Shown here: one piece after another, positions 19,083 to 29,657 of the stretch | Layout: every line of letters begins with the position of its first letter | How positions within the stretch are numbered: position 1 is the first letter of the stretch | From: a virus | Length of the DNA: 64,000 nucleotides | Reading direction: 5' to 3' (one strand) | IMG/VR virus record: IMGVR_UViG_3300031519_006967 | Coordinates: 1 to 64,000 of that record | Notes under the pieces: generated by a model | Databases searched by the model: none | What the model was told of the DNA's origin: nothing | Seen by the model: only the letters and a program-made list of their open reading frames with translations | Program-made: the position numbers and the translations under genes

Positions 19083-20533
19083 TGAAGGTCAATATTTATT
19101 TGGATGGTAAAGACGGTGTATACGATTCTCCCGAATCGTTTAAAGAAATGCGTTCAAATTTTAAATTTGAGAACCCTAACCCCAACGCTTCCATTTTTAA
19201 TAAATATACTTACCCTATTACCGTTCAAGGTAGATTTGATGTGGGTCTATATGGCGAAATCCATAATTTTTTGAATGACACTTACGGCGATGATTTTGAA
19301 CTTAACATCGATCCTGATTTTAAATCTAAATTTACCCCATCAATAATTTATGGTAATGTAGAGACTATTGATGGGTTTGATTATTATTATTATCAACTGG
19401 AAGCAATAGAGAAATCTTTAGCATTTGGTCGTGGAGTAATATCGCTTCCAACAGCAAGCGGTAAAACGCTCGTAGTGGCAGGACTATGTAAGACCTTTTT
19501 GGCTGAGTATCCTGATTCAAAAATATTGATAATGGTACCGAGCATATCACTATTAACACAAACCTATAATGAATTTGTGAATGAATTTGATTTTCATGAT
19601 GTTACTCGTTGGACGGGGGATAAGAAAGTCCCTTCCCCCGACTTCAGTAAAAGTGTAGTAATATCCAACGCTCAGTATCTCACAAAAGACGTTACAAGGG
19701 CATTAATACAGGTCAAAGATTATGATATGTTAATAATGGACGAAGTTCACACTTTAAAAAAAGGAAATAAAACTAATAAAATTGTTCATAATATGACCAC
19801 TCCAAATAGATTTGGACTTACTGGTACCGTACCAAAGAACCTACCAGACATGTGGAATGTTTATGGAAAAATCGGCCCATTAATTTATAAAAAGAAATCG
19901 TCGGAATTGCGTGAGACGGTTGGCTCTATAGCCGAGGTGGAGGTCAAGATAATTAAACTAACCCATAAGAAAGCAGTTCCAAAATATAGGAAGAAGGTTA
20001 ATGAGGCATTCCGACCTACTGGGCAATATATCAAAGAGATGGATTTCCTCTATACGAGTAAGTGGAGGAATGATTTCATATCTAAAATCACTAACAAATT
20101 AAATGGAAATGTTTTAATATTAGTGGATAGAATAGCTCATGGGGAGGAGATGGTGCAGTTGCTAAATTCTTCAGGGAAGAAAGATGTTCGGTGGGTATGT
20201 GGAGATATCCCAGATGAGGAACGCCAAGTTATTTTTGCAGACATGGAAATTAATGATGATCTAGCTGTAGTTGCAATGGATACTGTGTTCTCCACAGGTA
20301 TCTCAGTTAAAAATTTAAAATATGTTGTGTTTGTGTGTATTGGGAAATCTTACACTAAATTATTACAATCCATTGGTAGATCCCTTCGACTACACGCAAA
20401 CAAAAAGAGAGCTACCATATTCGACATTAGTGACCACACAAAATACAGTTCTGATCATCTATTGGAACGATTAGAATTTTACAAAGAAGAAGAAATTAAT
20501 TATGAAATTAAAGACATCAAAGAAAACCGCTAA
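19082..20533 (+). CDS. uvsW: UvsW SF2 helicase
   Basis: PTASGKT, MDEVH, GLTGT, FSTGIS, QSIGRSLR. Confidence 0.92.
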   Translation: MKVNIYLDGKDGVYDSPESFKEMRSNFKFENPNPNASIFNKYTYPITVQGRFDVGLYGEIHNFLNDTYGDDFELNIDPDFKSKFTPSIIYGNVETIDGFDYYYYQLEAIEKSLAFGRGVISLPTASGKTLVVAGLCKTFLAEYPDSKILIMVPSISLLTQTYNEFVNEFDFHDVTRWTGDKKVPSPDFSKSVVISNAQYLTKDVTRALIQVKDYDMLIMDEVHTLKKGNKTNKIVHNMTTPNRFGLTGTVPKNLPDMWNVYGKIGPLIYKKKSSELRETVGSIAEVEVKIIKLTHKKAVPKYRKKVNEAFRPTGQYIKEMDFLYTSKWRNDFISKITNKLNGNVLILVDRIAHGEEMVQLLNSSGKKDVRWVCGDIPDEERQVIFADMEINDDLAVVAMDTVFSTGISVKNLKYVVFVCIGKSYTKLLQSIGRSLRLHANKKRATIFDISDHTKYSSDHLLERLEFYKEEEINYEIKDIKENR

Positions 20534-21341
20534 AGATTATTATGTTGATCCAGATGCAATGTGGACAGAGTTAGATAATTTCTACACTCTACACGCTGAA
20601 TCGGATGATCCTAAAGAAGAAGTTATGTCTCCTGAATTAGGGAGAATGATAGATGATATAGCCACTAAACTAGGTTTTATGTCTAAATTCATTAACTACT
20701 CGTATAAAGAGGAGATGCAGGGAGATGCCCGATTGAAAATGGTGAAAGCTGTATATGACGTAAACTTTACGTTATGGAGAACCTTACCCTGCACTGAGCT
20801 TCGGGTTGAGGGCGGAAGAGATTATGTTATTCTTCATGTTGTTAGAATTAATAAAGAAGAGAAATCCAAGTATTACATGTGGGATGATAAGAAGACATAT
20901 CTAAAACCTTGGGATTCTTATGAGACATATCCCAACCGAGTGTTGGTAGATGACTTAACATGGGTTAAGCCATTCTGTTCCATGGAAGTTCCATGCACTG
21001 GAAAGTGTAAGTGTAATGTACCAATCCCACAGCTATATGATGTAGTTACTTTGGAAGATAACCCAGTCATGAACACTCTTACTTTTAGGAATAATCCTTT
21101 TTCATATTTTACTAAGATTGCATATCATGCATTTGTTAATAGAATTAAGAAGGAGAAGAAAGTTGGTGAAGTTCTCCATGCGTATCAGGAGAAAATATAT
21201 GAAGACATATATGCTTCGGGTAATGGATGGGAAAACGTCAAACGCCAGAAGATCGAGGATGAGGAAGATTATTACAATTCATTGGGGATTGATAGTTGTG
21301 CATTCTATAATGAAGAGAATGAGCAAGAATTTGACGAATAA
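20502..21341 (+). CDS. gp55: gp55 late sigma factor with internal insertion
   Basis: YYVD, FINYSYKEEMQGDA, NPFSYFTKIAYHAFVNRIKKEK. Confidence 0.85.
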   Translation: MKLKTSKKTAKDYYVDPDAMWTELDNFYTLHAESDDPKEEVMSPELGRMIDDIATKLGFMSKFINYSYKEEMQGDARLKMVKAVYDVNFTLWRTLPCTELRVEGGRDYVILHVVRINKEEKSKYYMWDDKKTYLKPWDSYETYPNRVLVDDLTWVKPFCSMEVPCTGKCKCNVPIPQLYDVVTLEDNPVMNTLTFRNNPFSYFTKIAYHAFVNRIKKEKKVGEVLHAYQEKIYEDIYASGNGWENVKRQKIEDEEDYYNSLGIDSCAFYNEENEQEFDE

Positions 21342-21379
21342 ACTTGAATATACTTAATTGGTGGTCTATATTTCATATA

Positions 21380-22369
21380 GTGAAAGCAATTTTATTCTCA
21401 GATATCCACTTGGGGTTGTCTCAAGATAACCCACTCTTCCATCAAACCACTCTAGATTTTGCTAGTTGGATGGCGGCAGAGGCAACTGCCAGAGGCGTAG
21501 ACACCTTAATATGTGGAGGCGATGTTTTCCATTCTAGGAAAGCTATAGCACTATCTACAATTGATGTAGCATATAAATTCTTTGAAATTTTGAAGGATTT
21601 CAACGTAAGAATTATTACAGGAAACCACGATTGTTTATATCTAGATAATTCAAATGTTCACTCAATCTCGTTACTTAAGCAGTGGGAAAACATATCCGTT
21701 TATGATGAACCTCATTATGAAAATATAGGAGGTAAGATGGTTGGATTCATCCCATGGGGAACCAACGTATCAGAGATGCTTAAATGCGACGTGATGTTCG
21801 GTCACTATGAAATTACCGGATTCCAAATGGGTCCAGCCGCCTTCTGTAAGGAAGGAATGACTGCTACTGATTTGCTTAAAAAGAGTCCTCTTATTTTCTC
21901 TGGACATTTCCACAAACCACAGAAAAACACATATAAGGCTGGAGAGATTATCTATATGGGATCGCCATACCAACATAATTGGGGGGAGAAGGGTCAAGAG
22001 AAATACATATACGAATTGGATTTTAAAACTCTGGAGCTTATAGATATAGAGAACACTGAATCTCCAAAACATGTAGAAATTTCAGATGCTGCTGATATTG
22101 ATTTAGTTGATGGGAACATTGTTAGAATATTCGCGGATGATAAGGACTCTGATTTGATTGAGTTGGTTAAGAGTAAGGATACCGCTACAGTTGAAGCCAT
22201 TGTGGAAGATAAGCAGATCAAAAAGGCGGCAGAAACCATCGCGGATTTTAAGGGAGTAGACTTTAAGTCTGGTTTCGTGGAGGTAACAGAGAACATTGAG
22301 GGTCCATCCAAAACACTTAAAAAGAAAATCAATGCTAAGGTGATCGATTATTTGGAACAGGTAGGATAG
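21380..22369 (+). CDS. gp47: gp47 recombination nuclease subunit (Mre11/SbcD-like)
   Basis: SDIHLG, GDVFH, GNHD, GHY, SGHFH, YMGSP. Confidence 0.9.
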   Translation: MKAILFSDIHLGLSQDNPLFHQTTLDFASWMAAEATARGVDTLICGGDVFHSRKAIALSTIDVAYKFFEILKDFNVRIITGNHDCLYLDNSNVHSISLLKQWENISVYDEPHYENIGGKMVGFIPWGTNVSEMLKCDVMFGHYEITGFQMGPAAFCKEGMTATDLLKKSPLIFSGHFHKPQKNTYKAGEIIYMGSPYQHNWGEKGQEKYIYELDFKTLELIDIENTESPKHVEISDAADIDLVDGNIVRIFADDKDSDLIELVKSKDTATVEAIVEDKQIKKAAETIADFKGVDFKSGFVEVTENIEGPSKTLKKKINAKVIDYLEQVG

Positions 22370-22376
22370 TCCCACA

Positions 22377-23474
22377 ATGAAAATAACAAATGAAAATAAC
22401 GAAATAGAAATTTCGGAATCGGAGTGGATTGATTTAAATGCAACACACTCTAAGGAGTATATCAAGCAATTGATATCTGATACTATTGAAAAATCAAAAG
22501 TGGCCCTACCATTCAGAAAAATAACAACGGATGACAGGGACGAGGCATTTAAAACGCTTCAGGAGTTTGACGCAACCTCCCTAATAGAAAAATCAGATTT
22601 CTATTCGAGATATGAATATGATTATGATTTTGGAAACACCATCATAAAAATGTCAAATGTAGGTAATAAAGCATCTGATTACTTTCATCAAAAGTTGAGG
22701 TGGAATTGTGATAGTATCAACGCGCCATCCCCATATAGAACTTGGGCGAGTGAGAAGTTTAGACTTACTTTATTGAATGGCTTATGGACTCTCAAGGTAA
22801 CTAAGGTTAATTCTACGGTTTTACGTACGACCATTTCCCTAAGAAAGTATATAGCGTCTCAATTCAAGCCATCAGTCGCCAAATGTATATATCAACACTT
22901 TAACCCCACCAATATTTTAGATTTTTCAACTGGGTGGGGTGACAGACTATTAGCATATCAATCATGGTCAGGCTCAAATAATCATTATACTGGAATTGAT
23001 CCTAATATTAATTTAAAGGAAACCTATTCAAAGCAACTTAAATGTTTTGGCACTAAGGGGAGTTATAATTTTGATTTTAAACCTGCCGAGACTTCGAATT
23101 TAATTGAAAAGGAATTTTATGATTTAGTATTTACCTCTCCACCATATTATAATATTGAGAGATATACTCAAGAGGAAAATCAATCATGGAAAAAATATAG
23201 AAAGATTGACCAGTGGTTGACGCAGTTCCTATTCCCAACTTTAAAGAAGTCCTATATCGCCTTACGTAAGGGTGGTCATATGGTTATAAATATATCTGAC
23301 GTGTATTCTAATCATACCGTTAATAAAATATGTGATCCCATGAATGATTACCTAACAAGTTTAGGTGCTACTTACGTGGATTGTTGGGGTATGAAAATGG
23401 CAAAACGGCCAAATAGTAAGGCAACAAAGCAGGATGGAGTATTTGCCGAACCAGTTTGGATTTGGGAGAAATGA
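22377..23474 (+). CDS. DNA amino-methyltransferase (N4-C/N6-A)
   Basis: LDFSTGWGDRL (motif I) and FTSPPYY (motif IV). Confidence 0.75.
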   Translation: MKITNENNEIEISESEWIDLNATHSKEYIKQLISDTIEKSKVALPFRKITTDDRDEAFKTLQEFDATSLIEKSDFYSRYEYDYDFGNTIIKMSNVGNKASDYFHQKLRWNCDSINAPSPYRTWASEKFRLTLLNGLWTLKVTKVNSTVLRTTISLRKYIASQFKPSVAKCIYQHFNPTNILDFSTGWGDRLLAYQSWSGSNNHYTGIDPNINLKETYSKQLKCFGTKGSYNFDFKPAETSNLIEKEFYDLVFTSPPYYNIERYTQEENQSWKKYRKIDQWLTQFLFPTLKKSYIALRKGGHMVINISDVYSNHTVNKICDPMNDYLTSLGATYVDCWGMKMAKRPNSKATKQDGVFAEPVWIWEK

Positions 23475-23510
23475 TGTTGAATTGGTTGAAAGTTACCAGT
23501 AAGTCTTATT

Positions 23511-24389
23511 ATGATTAATAGATTTTCAGATCAGACGGCAATTGGTATTATTACATGTAATCGTCCAGATTATGTTAAACAAGTGTTGGAGTCATTAGAC
23601 CCAATGGTAGGAACGGTATTCCTAATAAATGCAGGTGAACCACTCCAGAAAGAAGTAATTTCCTCCTTTAACGGAAATGATTTAGTCGTTATTGACGCGA
23701 GTGGACCCAAACCAGTAGCGGTTGGTAGAGCAAAGAACCAAGTTATGCGCAAAATGCGTCATGCTGGTTATGAGTATTTATTCTTGATTGAGGATGATGT
23801 TAGGATTAAAGATAATAAAGTATTTGAAAAGTATGTTGAGACTGCGGCAGAAACGGGATTATGGGCAGGTCAACTAAGCTATGGGACACATGGAGGCACC
23901 ACAGGAGGTAACGTTAACGCTGACGGAACATCCAAAGTTAAAGATACTGTTGATTATGACCACTGCTCCATTGATTTATATGGCCAGTCATTTCAGGCGT
24001 TTACATTATATCACGCAAATGTTATTAAAATTTTAGGATACTTTGATGAGTATTACGTTAATGCCGCTGAGCATTTAGATCACTATTATAATGCATTCAT
24101 TAAAGGGTTGGGTAGTTACTTTTGGTATTTTCCCGACATAGAAAATTCCTCACAATATTTAGAAGATATTGATGATGGTCACACTGGTTCAGTAATTAGA
24201 AAGAGTCCTGAGTGGAGAGAGAATATGCAAAGAGCATGGGGTTGGTTTAGAAAGAAGTGGCACTACTTTCCAGATAAAATACCACCATCCCCCCAAGAGC
24301 AAGTTCTAGAGCGGTTGAATTTTATTGAAGAAAACTACTCTAGAAAAGATTTATTAAAAGATGAGAAATCAGACGAACAAACCGAATAG
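23511..24389 (+). CDS. GT2-family glycosyltransferase
   Basis: IITCNRP, VGRAKN, LIEDD, GYFDE, EH. Confidence 0.8.
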   Translation: MINRFSDQTAIGIITCNRPDYVKQVLESLDPMVGTVFLINAGEPLQKEVISSFNGNDLVVIDASGPKPVAVGRAKNQVMRKMRHAGYEYLFLIEDDVRIKDNKVFEKYVETAAETGLWAGQLSYGTHGGTTGGNVNADGTSKVKDTVDYDHCSIDLYGQSFQAFTLYHANVIKILGYFDEYYVNAAEHLDHYYNAFIKGLGSYFWYFPDIENSSQYLEDIDDGHTGSVIRKSPEWRENMQRAWGWFRKKWHYFPDKIPPSPQEQVLERLNFIEENYSRKDLLKDEKSDEQTE

Positions 24390-24780
24390 AAGATGCGGAA
24401 TATTTATATTCAATAAGAAAAAGGAATTGCTAGTAATAGCAAGATACTCCCAAGATGATTGGGAGGTTCCCTCATGGGAGCATAAAAATAATGATGATTA
24501 TTTAGAGGTTGCGATGCAAGGCGTAATGGAGTTTACGGGAATAGACTTCTTTAATTATAAGGAAGAATACTTCAGCCCCCTTAAACATAACATATCGGGT
24601 AACAATGTTTTCGTTCCCTATGTTATAAAGGGGGAGGAGACTGCGGATAAATTTAAGTGTTGGGTTATGATGAGCGATGGACTTCCTGATTGTGAAGATT
24701 GGGAGTGGGTGTCAATTAAAGATGCGGAGTCTATGTTAAACCCCATTCAAAGAAATATACTGAAAGGTATCAGAGTGTAG
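24361..24780 (+). CDS. NUDIX-fold protein with degenerate box
   Basis: CGIFIFN, WEVP..., EFTGI, DWEWV. Confidence 0.5.
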   Translation: MRNQTNKPNRRCGIFIFNKKKELLVIARYSQDDWEVPSWEHKNNDDYLEVAMQGVMEFTGIDFFNYKEEYFSPLKHNISGNNVFVPYVIKGEETADKFKCWVMMSDGLPDCEDWEWVSIKDAESMLNPIQRNILKGIRV

Positions 24781-24822
24781 AAATGCTCTTGATTTGCTAT
24801 TATTTCAATAGTAAGTCGTTAC

Positions 24823-25596
24823 GTGAAGGATAAAGTATTAATAATAGTTACGTATAACCGAGAACCCTTATTAAAGCGGGTGCTAGAGTCAATTGACCCT
24901 ACCCAATTTGATGATATTATCATTGTTAGGGATGGAGGTGGACAACCATATGATCCAGCGGTGGAGAAGGTGGTATCTGAAAACTTCTCGTACCTTCCAC
25001 AAACAGAAAACATCGGAGTAGGACGCTGCAAACAAATTGGCATAGATCATGCATTGACCACTACTACCTCTGATCATATCTTTATCATTGAGGATGACAT
25101 TCTAATTAAAGATAATAAAGTGTGGGATTACTACGTTGACTTTTCATCTCGTTCAGGGGTGCATCACACTAACTGGAATGATTACCGTTATCATGGCTCA
25201 CGATTTGAGGTTGATTACGACGGCATTAAAGGCATTGTAACTAAGGATGTGGAGGGAGCATTTTCATACTTTCATAGAAATGTTTTTAAGTTTTGCGAGT
25301 TTCCCGTAACCATGAAAAATGCGTTTGAGCATATCTCAGTGGAGGTCCAATTAATAGAAAAGGATTTATTGCCACCATTTTGGTATTTCATTTGTCCTAA
25401 AGATAGTGGGGATTTTTTGGAACATATTGGAGAGGAATCCACCATAACAGGTAAGCCTAACTACACGGAAAATTATCAAGAGGCGCACACCGCATTTGTA
25501 TCTAAACATGGGTTTAATATTGGTCAAATTCCTGATGTTGGTGATGACGTTGTTTTAGAGCGACTTAAATTTTTAAAGGAGACCTACGCTAAATGA
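24823..25596 (+). CDS. GT2-family glycosyltransferase (paralog of 23511)
   Basis: VTYNRE, IGVGRCK, IEDDILIKDNKV, NAFEH. Confidence 0.8.
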   Translation: MKDKVLIIVTYNREPLLKRVLESIDPTQFDDIIIVRDGGGQPYDPAVEKVVSENFSYLPQTENIGVGRCKQIGIDHALTTTTSDHIFIIEDDILIKDNKVWDYYVDFSSRSGVHHTNWNDYRYHGSRFEVDYDGIKGIVTKDVEGAFSYFHRNVFKFCEFPVTMKNAFEHISVEVQLIEKDLLPPFWYFICPKDSGDFLEHIGEESTITGKPNYTENYQEAHTAFVSKHGFNIGQIPDVGDDVVLERLKFLKETYAK

Positions 25597-25694
25597 GTTT
25601 CTTCTTACCACCAAACGAATCCGACATAGTGCAACAAGCATCTTTTATTGCTTCTGGTATTGATATTAAGAAATATAAAAAAGTGAAAGGGTAA
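25593..25694 (+). CDS. Putative 33 aa microprotein
   Basis: ATGA overlap; fills the gap before 25699. Confidence 0.3.
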   Translation: MSFFLPPNESDIVQQASFIASGIDIKKYKKVKG

Positions 25695-25698
25695 AATT

Positions 25699-25911
25699 AT
25701 GAACGAAGAACAGAACGAACAAATTATATTAACTAGAGCCGCCGTTAAGGAGATTTATCGACACTTACCGTTGTGTGAAATTACGAGAGACCATCTTAAG
25801 GTGGTATTATCTGACGTTGAGGATTATATCCTCAAGGATGGTGATGAAGAGTGGGAACAGTTATTTCTTCCTGCTCCTAAACATACTACAGAATGGTCAT
25901 ATGAATTATAA
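25699..25911 (+). CDS. Hypothetical protein
   Basis: 70 aa ORF. Confidence 0.5.
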   Translation: MNEEQNEQIILTRAAVKEIYRHLPLCEITRDHLKVVLSDVEDYILKDGDEEWEQLFLPAPKHTTEWSYEL

Positions 25912-25917
25912 GTATTA

Positions 25918-26241
25918 TTGTACAATAATAAGACTACAATGCAAATGCTTACTGAAGCTTATCAGACTCAACGACTAGAGGAAGCAGCGGCATTTTACAG
26001 TGGAGGAGACTCTTCCAAAGATGACCCATTGGGGTTGGGTGATATTAGAATGGCCGAAAACGGCGAACCCCCATTTTTCGATTTAGATGAAGATGATGAA
26101 GATGAAGAAGATGAAGAACTTTCCGAATCTGAAATTCAAGATCAATTAGGTGACCTTTATGATATAGTTGATCCATTAAACAAAAAAATTAAACACTTAG
26201 AGTCTATGTTAATGGAAAGAGTATCAGCCAGAAGAAGGTAG
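25918..26241 (+). CDS. Hypothetical acidic protein (start may be 25939)
   Basis: ATAAGTA upstream; Asp/Glu tract. Confidence 0.5.
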   Translation: MYNNKTTMQMLTEAYQTQRLEEAAAFYSGGDSSKDDPLGLGDIRMAENGEPPFFDLDEDDEDEEDEELSESEIQDQLGDLYDIVDPLNKKIKHLESMLMERVSARRR

Positions 26242-26251
26242 TTGAATGGGT

Positions 26252-27115
26252 CTACACATGATCTAGAATCGAGGGGCGAATCTTAATTTCCCCTGAAACA
26301 ACTCGAAAGTTATCATGTAGCAGGTCTGAGTTTTTACTTAGACCTGCTGCTCTATGTACGTCTATAACGCCGTCTGTTCCGTCTTTAGTTTTAACGACGT
26401 TCATGATGTATCCGTTTTTACCAATACCTGTAGGGCTTTCAAATAGCTTGTAGCTAACCAACCCATAGATAATATCAGCAATGGATTCATGGACAATTAT
26501 GTCTGTGTTATCATTAGTCATTGGAATAAACACTCTACCCCTATGTTTAGCCATCTCTTTAAACTCCTCAGTGAGTGTAGTTAGTGTCTTTAGAACTGCC
26601 ACCAAACTGCCACGTTTATCAGCGTTGGTGATTTGATAAATGGCGGATAGTTCTGCAAATAAATGAATATTTGCTTTGATGGCATCTTCCAAATGCGAAG
26701 TGCTAAAATTTAACTCTGATTTAAAATCCTTGTTCATTAAATTGTAACAAGAAAATAAATTATTGACTATGTTCCTAGTTTTGATGTTATCTTTCCACTT
26801 ACCGAGTGTTAGATATCCTTTCGATATGTAAGATTTTACATCAATTTTATGATCCCCCACCATTAGGTCAATCTCTCCAGCGGGTTGTAATTTTCCACCA
26901 TACAACCAATATAAAGCAATCTCCCCGTAACCTATACATTGACTTCCCCCAGTGTGTTTATATAGAGTTTTAAATCTTTCCAAATCTTTTGTATCGACTT
27001 GTATAGTTTCCGATTTATCAGGAAATTGGTAATCTCCTTTAACTTTTAAGTTGTGATGACCTAATGTTTTATATATTAACTTATCATATTTTTCGGATTC
27101 GGCATTAACTGACAT
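26252..27115 (-). CDS. Hypothetical protein, possible PD-(D/E)XK nuclease
   Basis: GEI...IDL...IDVKS; TTGAAT-N17-TATATT 6 nt before ATG. Confidence 0.45.
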   Translation of the reverse strand: MSVNAESEKYDKLIYKTLGHHNLKVKGDYQFPDKSETIQVDTKDLERFKTLYKHTGGSQCIGYGEIALYWLYGGKLQPAGEIDLMVGDHKIDVKSYISKGYLTLGKWKDNIKTRNIVNNLFSCYNLMNKDFKSELNFSTSHLEDAIKANIHLFAELSAIYQITNADKRGSLVAVLKTLTTLTEEFKEMAKHRGRVFIPMTNDNTDIIVHESIADIIYGLVSYKLFESPTGIGKNGYIMNVVKTKDGTDGVIDVHRAAGLSKNSDLLHDNFRVVSGEIKIRPSILDHV

Positions 27116-27202
27116 TCCTATAATATACGACACACCAACCTAATATTCAATCACAGAAAGAATATTAAATTAGCTTGAATGTTCATTATATGAGTATTAA
27201 AT

Positions 27203-27514
27203 ATGAGCATGGACAGTAAAACAATTTGGGGTAACCATAAAACGTCTAGATGGGAATTTCAATCCAAAGACGATAACAATTCAGAGACTTTAGCGGATAC
27301 GTTACTTCCAGCTAAGGAGATCAAACGACCAGAGCCAGAGCCAGAGGCTACGGCACAAGCAACAACAGCAATAACTCAAGAGGATTTTAATTTCGATGAA
27401 GCTCTAACAGATTCTGATAAGTTGGGAATCGTTTTGGGTGCAATTAAAGATTATATAGCCCGAGATATTTCTACCATGGATTTAGAGAGTGTTCTCAAAT
27501 CAATTGAAGACTAA
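27203..27514 (+). CDS. Hypothetical protein
   Basis: 103 aa ORF coupled to next gene. Confidence 0.5.
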   Translation: MSMDSKTIWGNHKTSRWEFQSKDDNNSETLADTLLPAKEIKRPEPEPEATAQATTAITQEDFNFDEALTDSDKLGIVLGAIKDYIARDISTMDLESVLKSIED

Positions 27515-28266
27515 TGGATATAAGTATCATAGTATCGTCTTTTAACCAGAGACGAAGACTTCGGTTATGTTTAGATTCTTTATCTAAACAATTTACTAAT
27601 GACGGATCTAACCGAGGAGGGTTTGAATATGAGGTCATCCTAGCGGATGATCATTCAACGGATGGAACATTGGATTGGGTAGCACAGGAACACCCAAACG
27701 TTGTAGTCTCTCTAAACGATAGTCCTGAAGAAAACACATACACATTAGCGGACAATTGGAACACAGCAGCAAAGAAAGCAACAGGTAAACGATTAGTATT
27801 TTCAAATGCTGATATGATTTATTGTAGGGACTTTCTACGTTGTCATTTAGACGAAGTTATGCAAGATTCTATTATATTTGGTCCTGGTTATTCCACTGCC
27901 CCTCCAGTTGATGGGGTATTGGATTCCTTCGAGAGTGCTAAGGATGCAATGATTTGGCTTGAAAATAACAATCAAATTGGAACGGATAGACACTCCGAAC
28001 GCTCAGCCGACACATACAACATTGAGTGGAAATGGTGGTTTCCTTTCGGTTATAACTTCTCAGTTATACGAGAGCAATTCGAAGGTGTGGGCGGGTTCCC
28101 GTCGTTTAAAAAATGGGGTGAGGAAGAGACACAACTATGTAAGCGGATAGTTGACAAGTATGGAACTACGGTCAAGTCCAACAATAACACCTACGCTGTT
28201 CATCTATGGCACCCCAGAGTAAACAATGAAGACATGGTAGATCGTGTCGATGATATTAGATTTTAA
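27514..28266 (+). CDS. GT2-family glycosyltransferase
   Basis: ISIIV, ADDHSTDGT, NAD, GGF..WGEE, HLWH. Confidence 0.85.
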   Translation: MDISIIVSSFNQRRRLRLCLDSLSKQFTNDGSNRGGFEYEVILADDHSTDGTLDWVAQEHPNVVVSLNDSPEENTYTLADNWNTAAKKATGKRLVFSNADMIYCRDFLRCHLDEVMQDSIIFGPGYSTAPPVDGVLDSFESAKDAMIWLENNNQIGTDRHSERSADTYNIEWKWWFPFGYNFSVIREQFEGVGGFPSFKKWGEEETQLCKRIVDKYGTTVKSNNNTYAVHLWHPRVNNEDMVDRVDDIRF

Positions 28267-28267
28267 C

Positions 28268-28984
28268 ATGAAGGTTATAAATATAAATAAATCAGATATG
28301 GGCAACACGCCTCTGGTAGTTATGTGTAATGGTCCATCTTTGAAGGACATAGACTTAGATATTCTTAACGACCAAGATGTGTTTGGAATGAATGGGGCAT
28401 ATAGGTATTTTTATGAAAATGCATTTTGGCCAAAATATTTTGGGTGTTTTGATTATAGAGTTACGGTCAATCACAGAGACGATTATGCTAAATTAATTAA
28501 CTCAAGTCCAATTGAACATTTTTTCCTACTCAATGATTGTGGGGTGAGAGAATCTAAACGGTTAACCGTTTTACCAGAAAACCAAATGAGGGGACATATT
28601 GGACACTATTCGACAACCTTTGATGCTTTTGGGTTTGGGGGTAACACTGGAGCTAATTGCTGCCAAGTTGGAATCTGCCTTGGTTATAAAAAAATAATAC
28701 TAATAGGGGCTGATTGTAATTATAAAGAGATTGTGGATGGAGCATCCCCAAGTTCTGGTGGATTAGTTATGCATAAAACTCCCGCCGAAAATCCAAATTA
28801 TTTTTTTGATAGTTATCAGCGTGAGGGTGACGCATACAACTTTCCACAGTCCGATAAATACCACTTACCTGCATGGAATTACCTCTCTAAATTCGCAGTG
28901 AGTAATGATATTGATATTGTCAACTGTAGCTCAATATCTACCTTGGAATGTTTTAGAAAATCAAATATTGAGGAGGAACTATAA
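28268..28984 (+). CDS. MptE/DUF115 (Maf/sialyltransferase-like) protein
   Basis: CNGPSLK, FGMN, LGYKKIILIGADC, IVNCS. Confidence 0.7.
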   Translation: MKVININKSDMGNTPLVVMCNGPSLKDIDLDILNDQDVFGMNGAYRYFYENAFWPKYFGCFDYRVTVNHRDDYAKLINSSPIEHFFLLNDCGVRESKRLTVLPENQMRGHIGHYSTTFDAFGFGGNTGANCCQVGICLGYKKIILIGADCNYKEIVDGASPSSGGLVMHKTPAENPNYFFDSYQREGDAYNFPQSDKYHLPAWNYLSKFAVSNDIDIVNCSSISTLECFRKSNIEEEL

Positions 28985-28985
28985 C

Positions 28986-29657
28986 GTGAAAACACTATTC
29001 TTCACTGATTCTAGGGGAAAAATTAAAGATACATTTACTAATTTAAAAATCTTCTGGCAGAACTACGCAGAGACACATGATTGTGATTTTATGTTATGTC
29101 CCTACAAATGGACAACATCGTTAGATTTCATAAAGCTCATTGAGGAGAAGAAAATAAATATAGATAAATATGACAAAATAGTTTTATATACTGGTGTTGT
29201 GGAATTTTCCCCTAGACCAATGTCAAACTTTAAACAATGTTCAGCCAATAAGTTAGAATTTATGCGCGAGTTCTTGGGGGAGTATGTAGACCTAGATACA
29301 ACTTATAATTTCGATTATATGGGAGAAGACACAAAAAGCTTAATAACACTAGCCGCATATGAAAAGGTAGTTGTCCCGTATCTACAAACGCTTGGAGATA
29401 AATTAGTTCTTATAAACACTAACAGAACAGTTTCTGGTTGGGAGGGAAATTACCTACGTATTAATTCTTCAGGTCGCCCAAAAAATATAAATGTAGTTGC
29501 TGATTACTCCCAGAAAACAGTAGGAACTATTACAAATTTAGTAAATTTATTAGAATGGGATGATGACGATGTAAAGAAATTTACAGTGGACAATATGCAC
29601 TTAACCCATCTTGGTTCTGAATTTATATCCCAACGATTAGCACCATTTTTAGTATGA
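28986..29657 (+). CDS. SGNH/GDSL-like hydrolase
   Basis: FFTDSRG, G(V)VEFSPR, DNMHLT. Confidence 0.55.
   Translation: MKTLFFTDSRGKIKDTFTNLKIFWQNYAETHDCDFMLCPYKWTTSLDFIKLIEEKKINIDKYDKIVLYTGVVEFSPRPMSNFKQCSANKLEFMREFLGEYVDLDTTYNFDYMGEDTKSLITLAAYEKVVVPYLQTLGDKLVLINTNRTVSGWEGNYLRINSSGRPKNINVVADYSQKTVGTITNLVNLLEWDDDDVKKFTVDNMHLTHLGSEFISQRLAPFLV

Noticed and set aside
20769-21089. Intein in gp55
   Set aside because: No C-terminal HN followed by C/S/T and no recognisable intein blocks.
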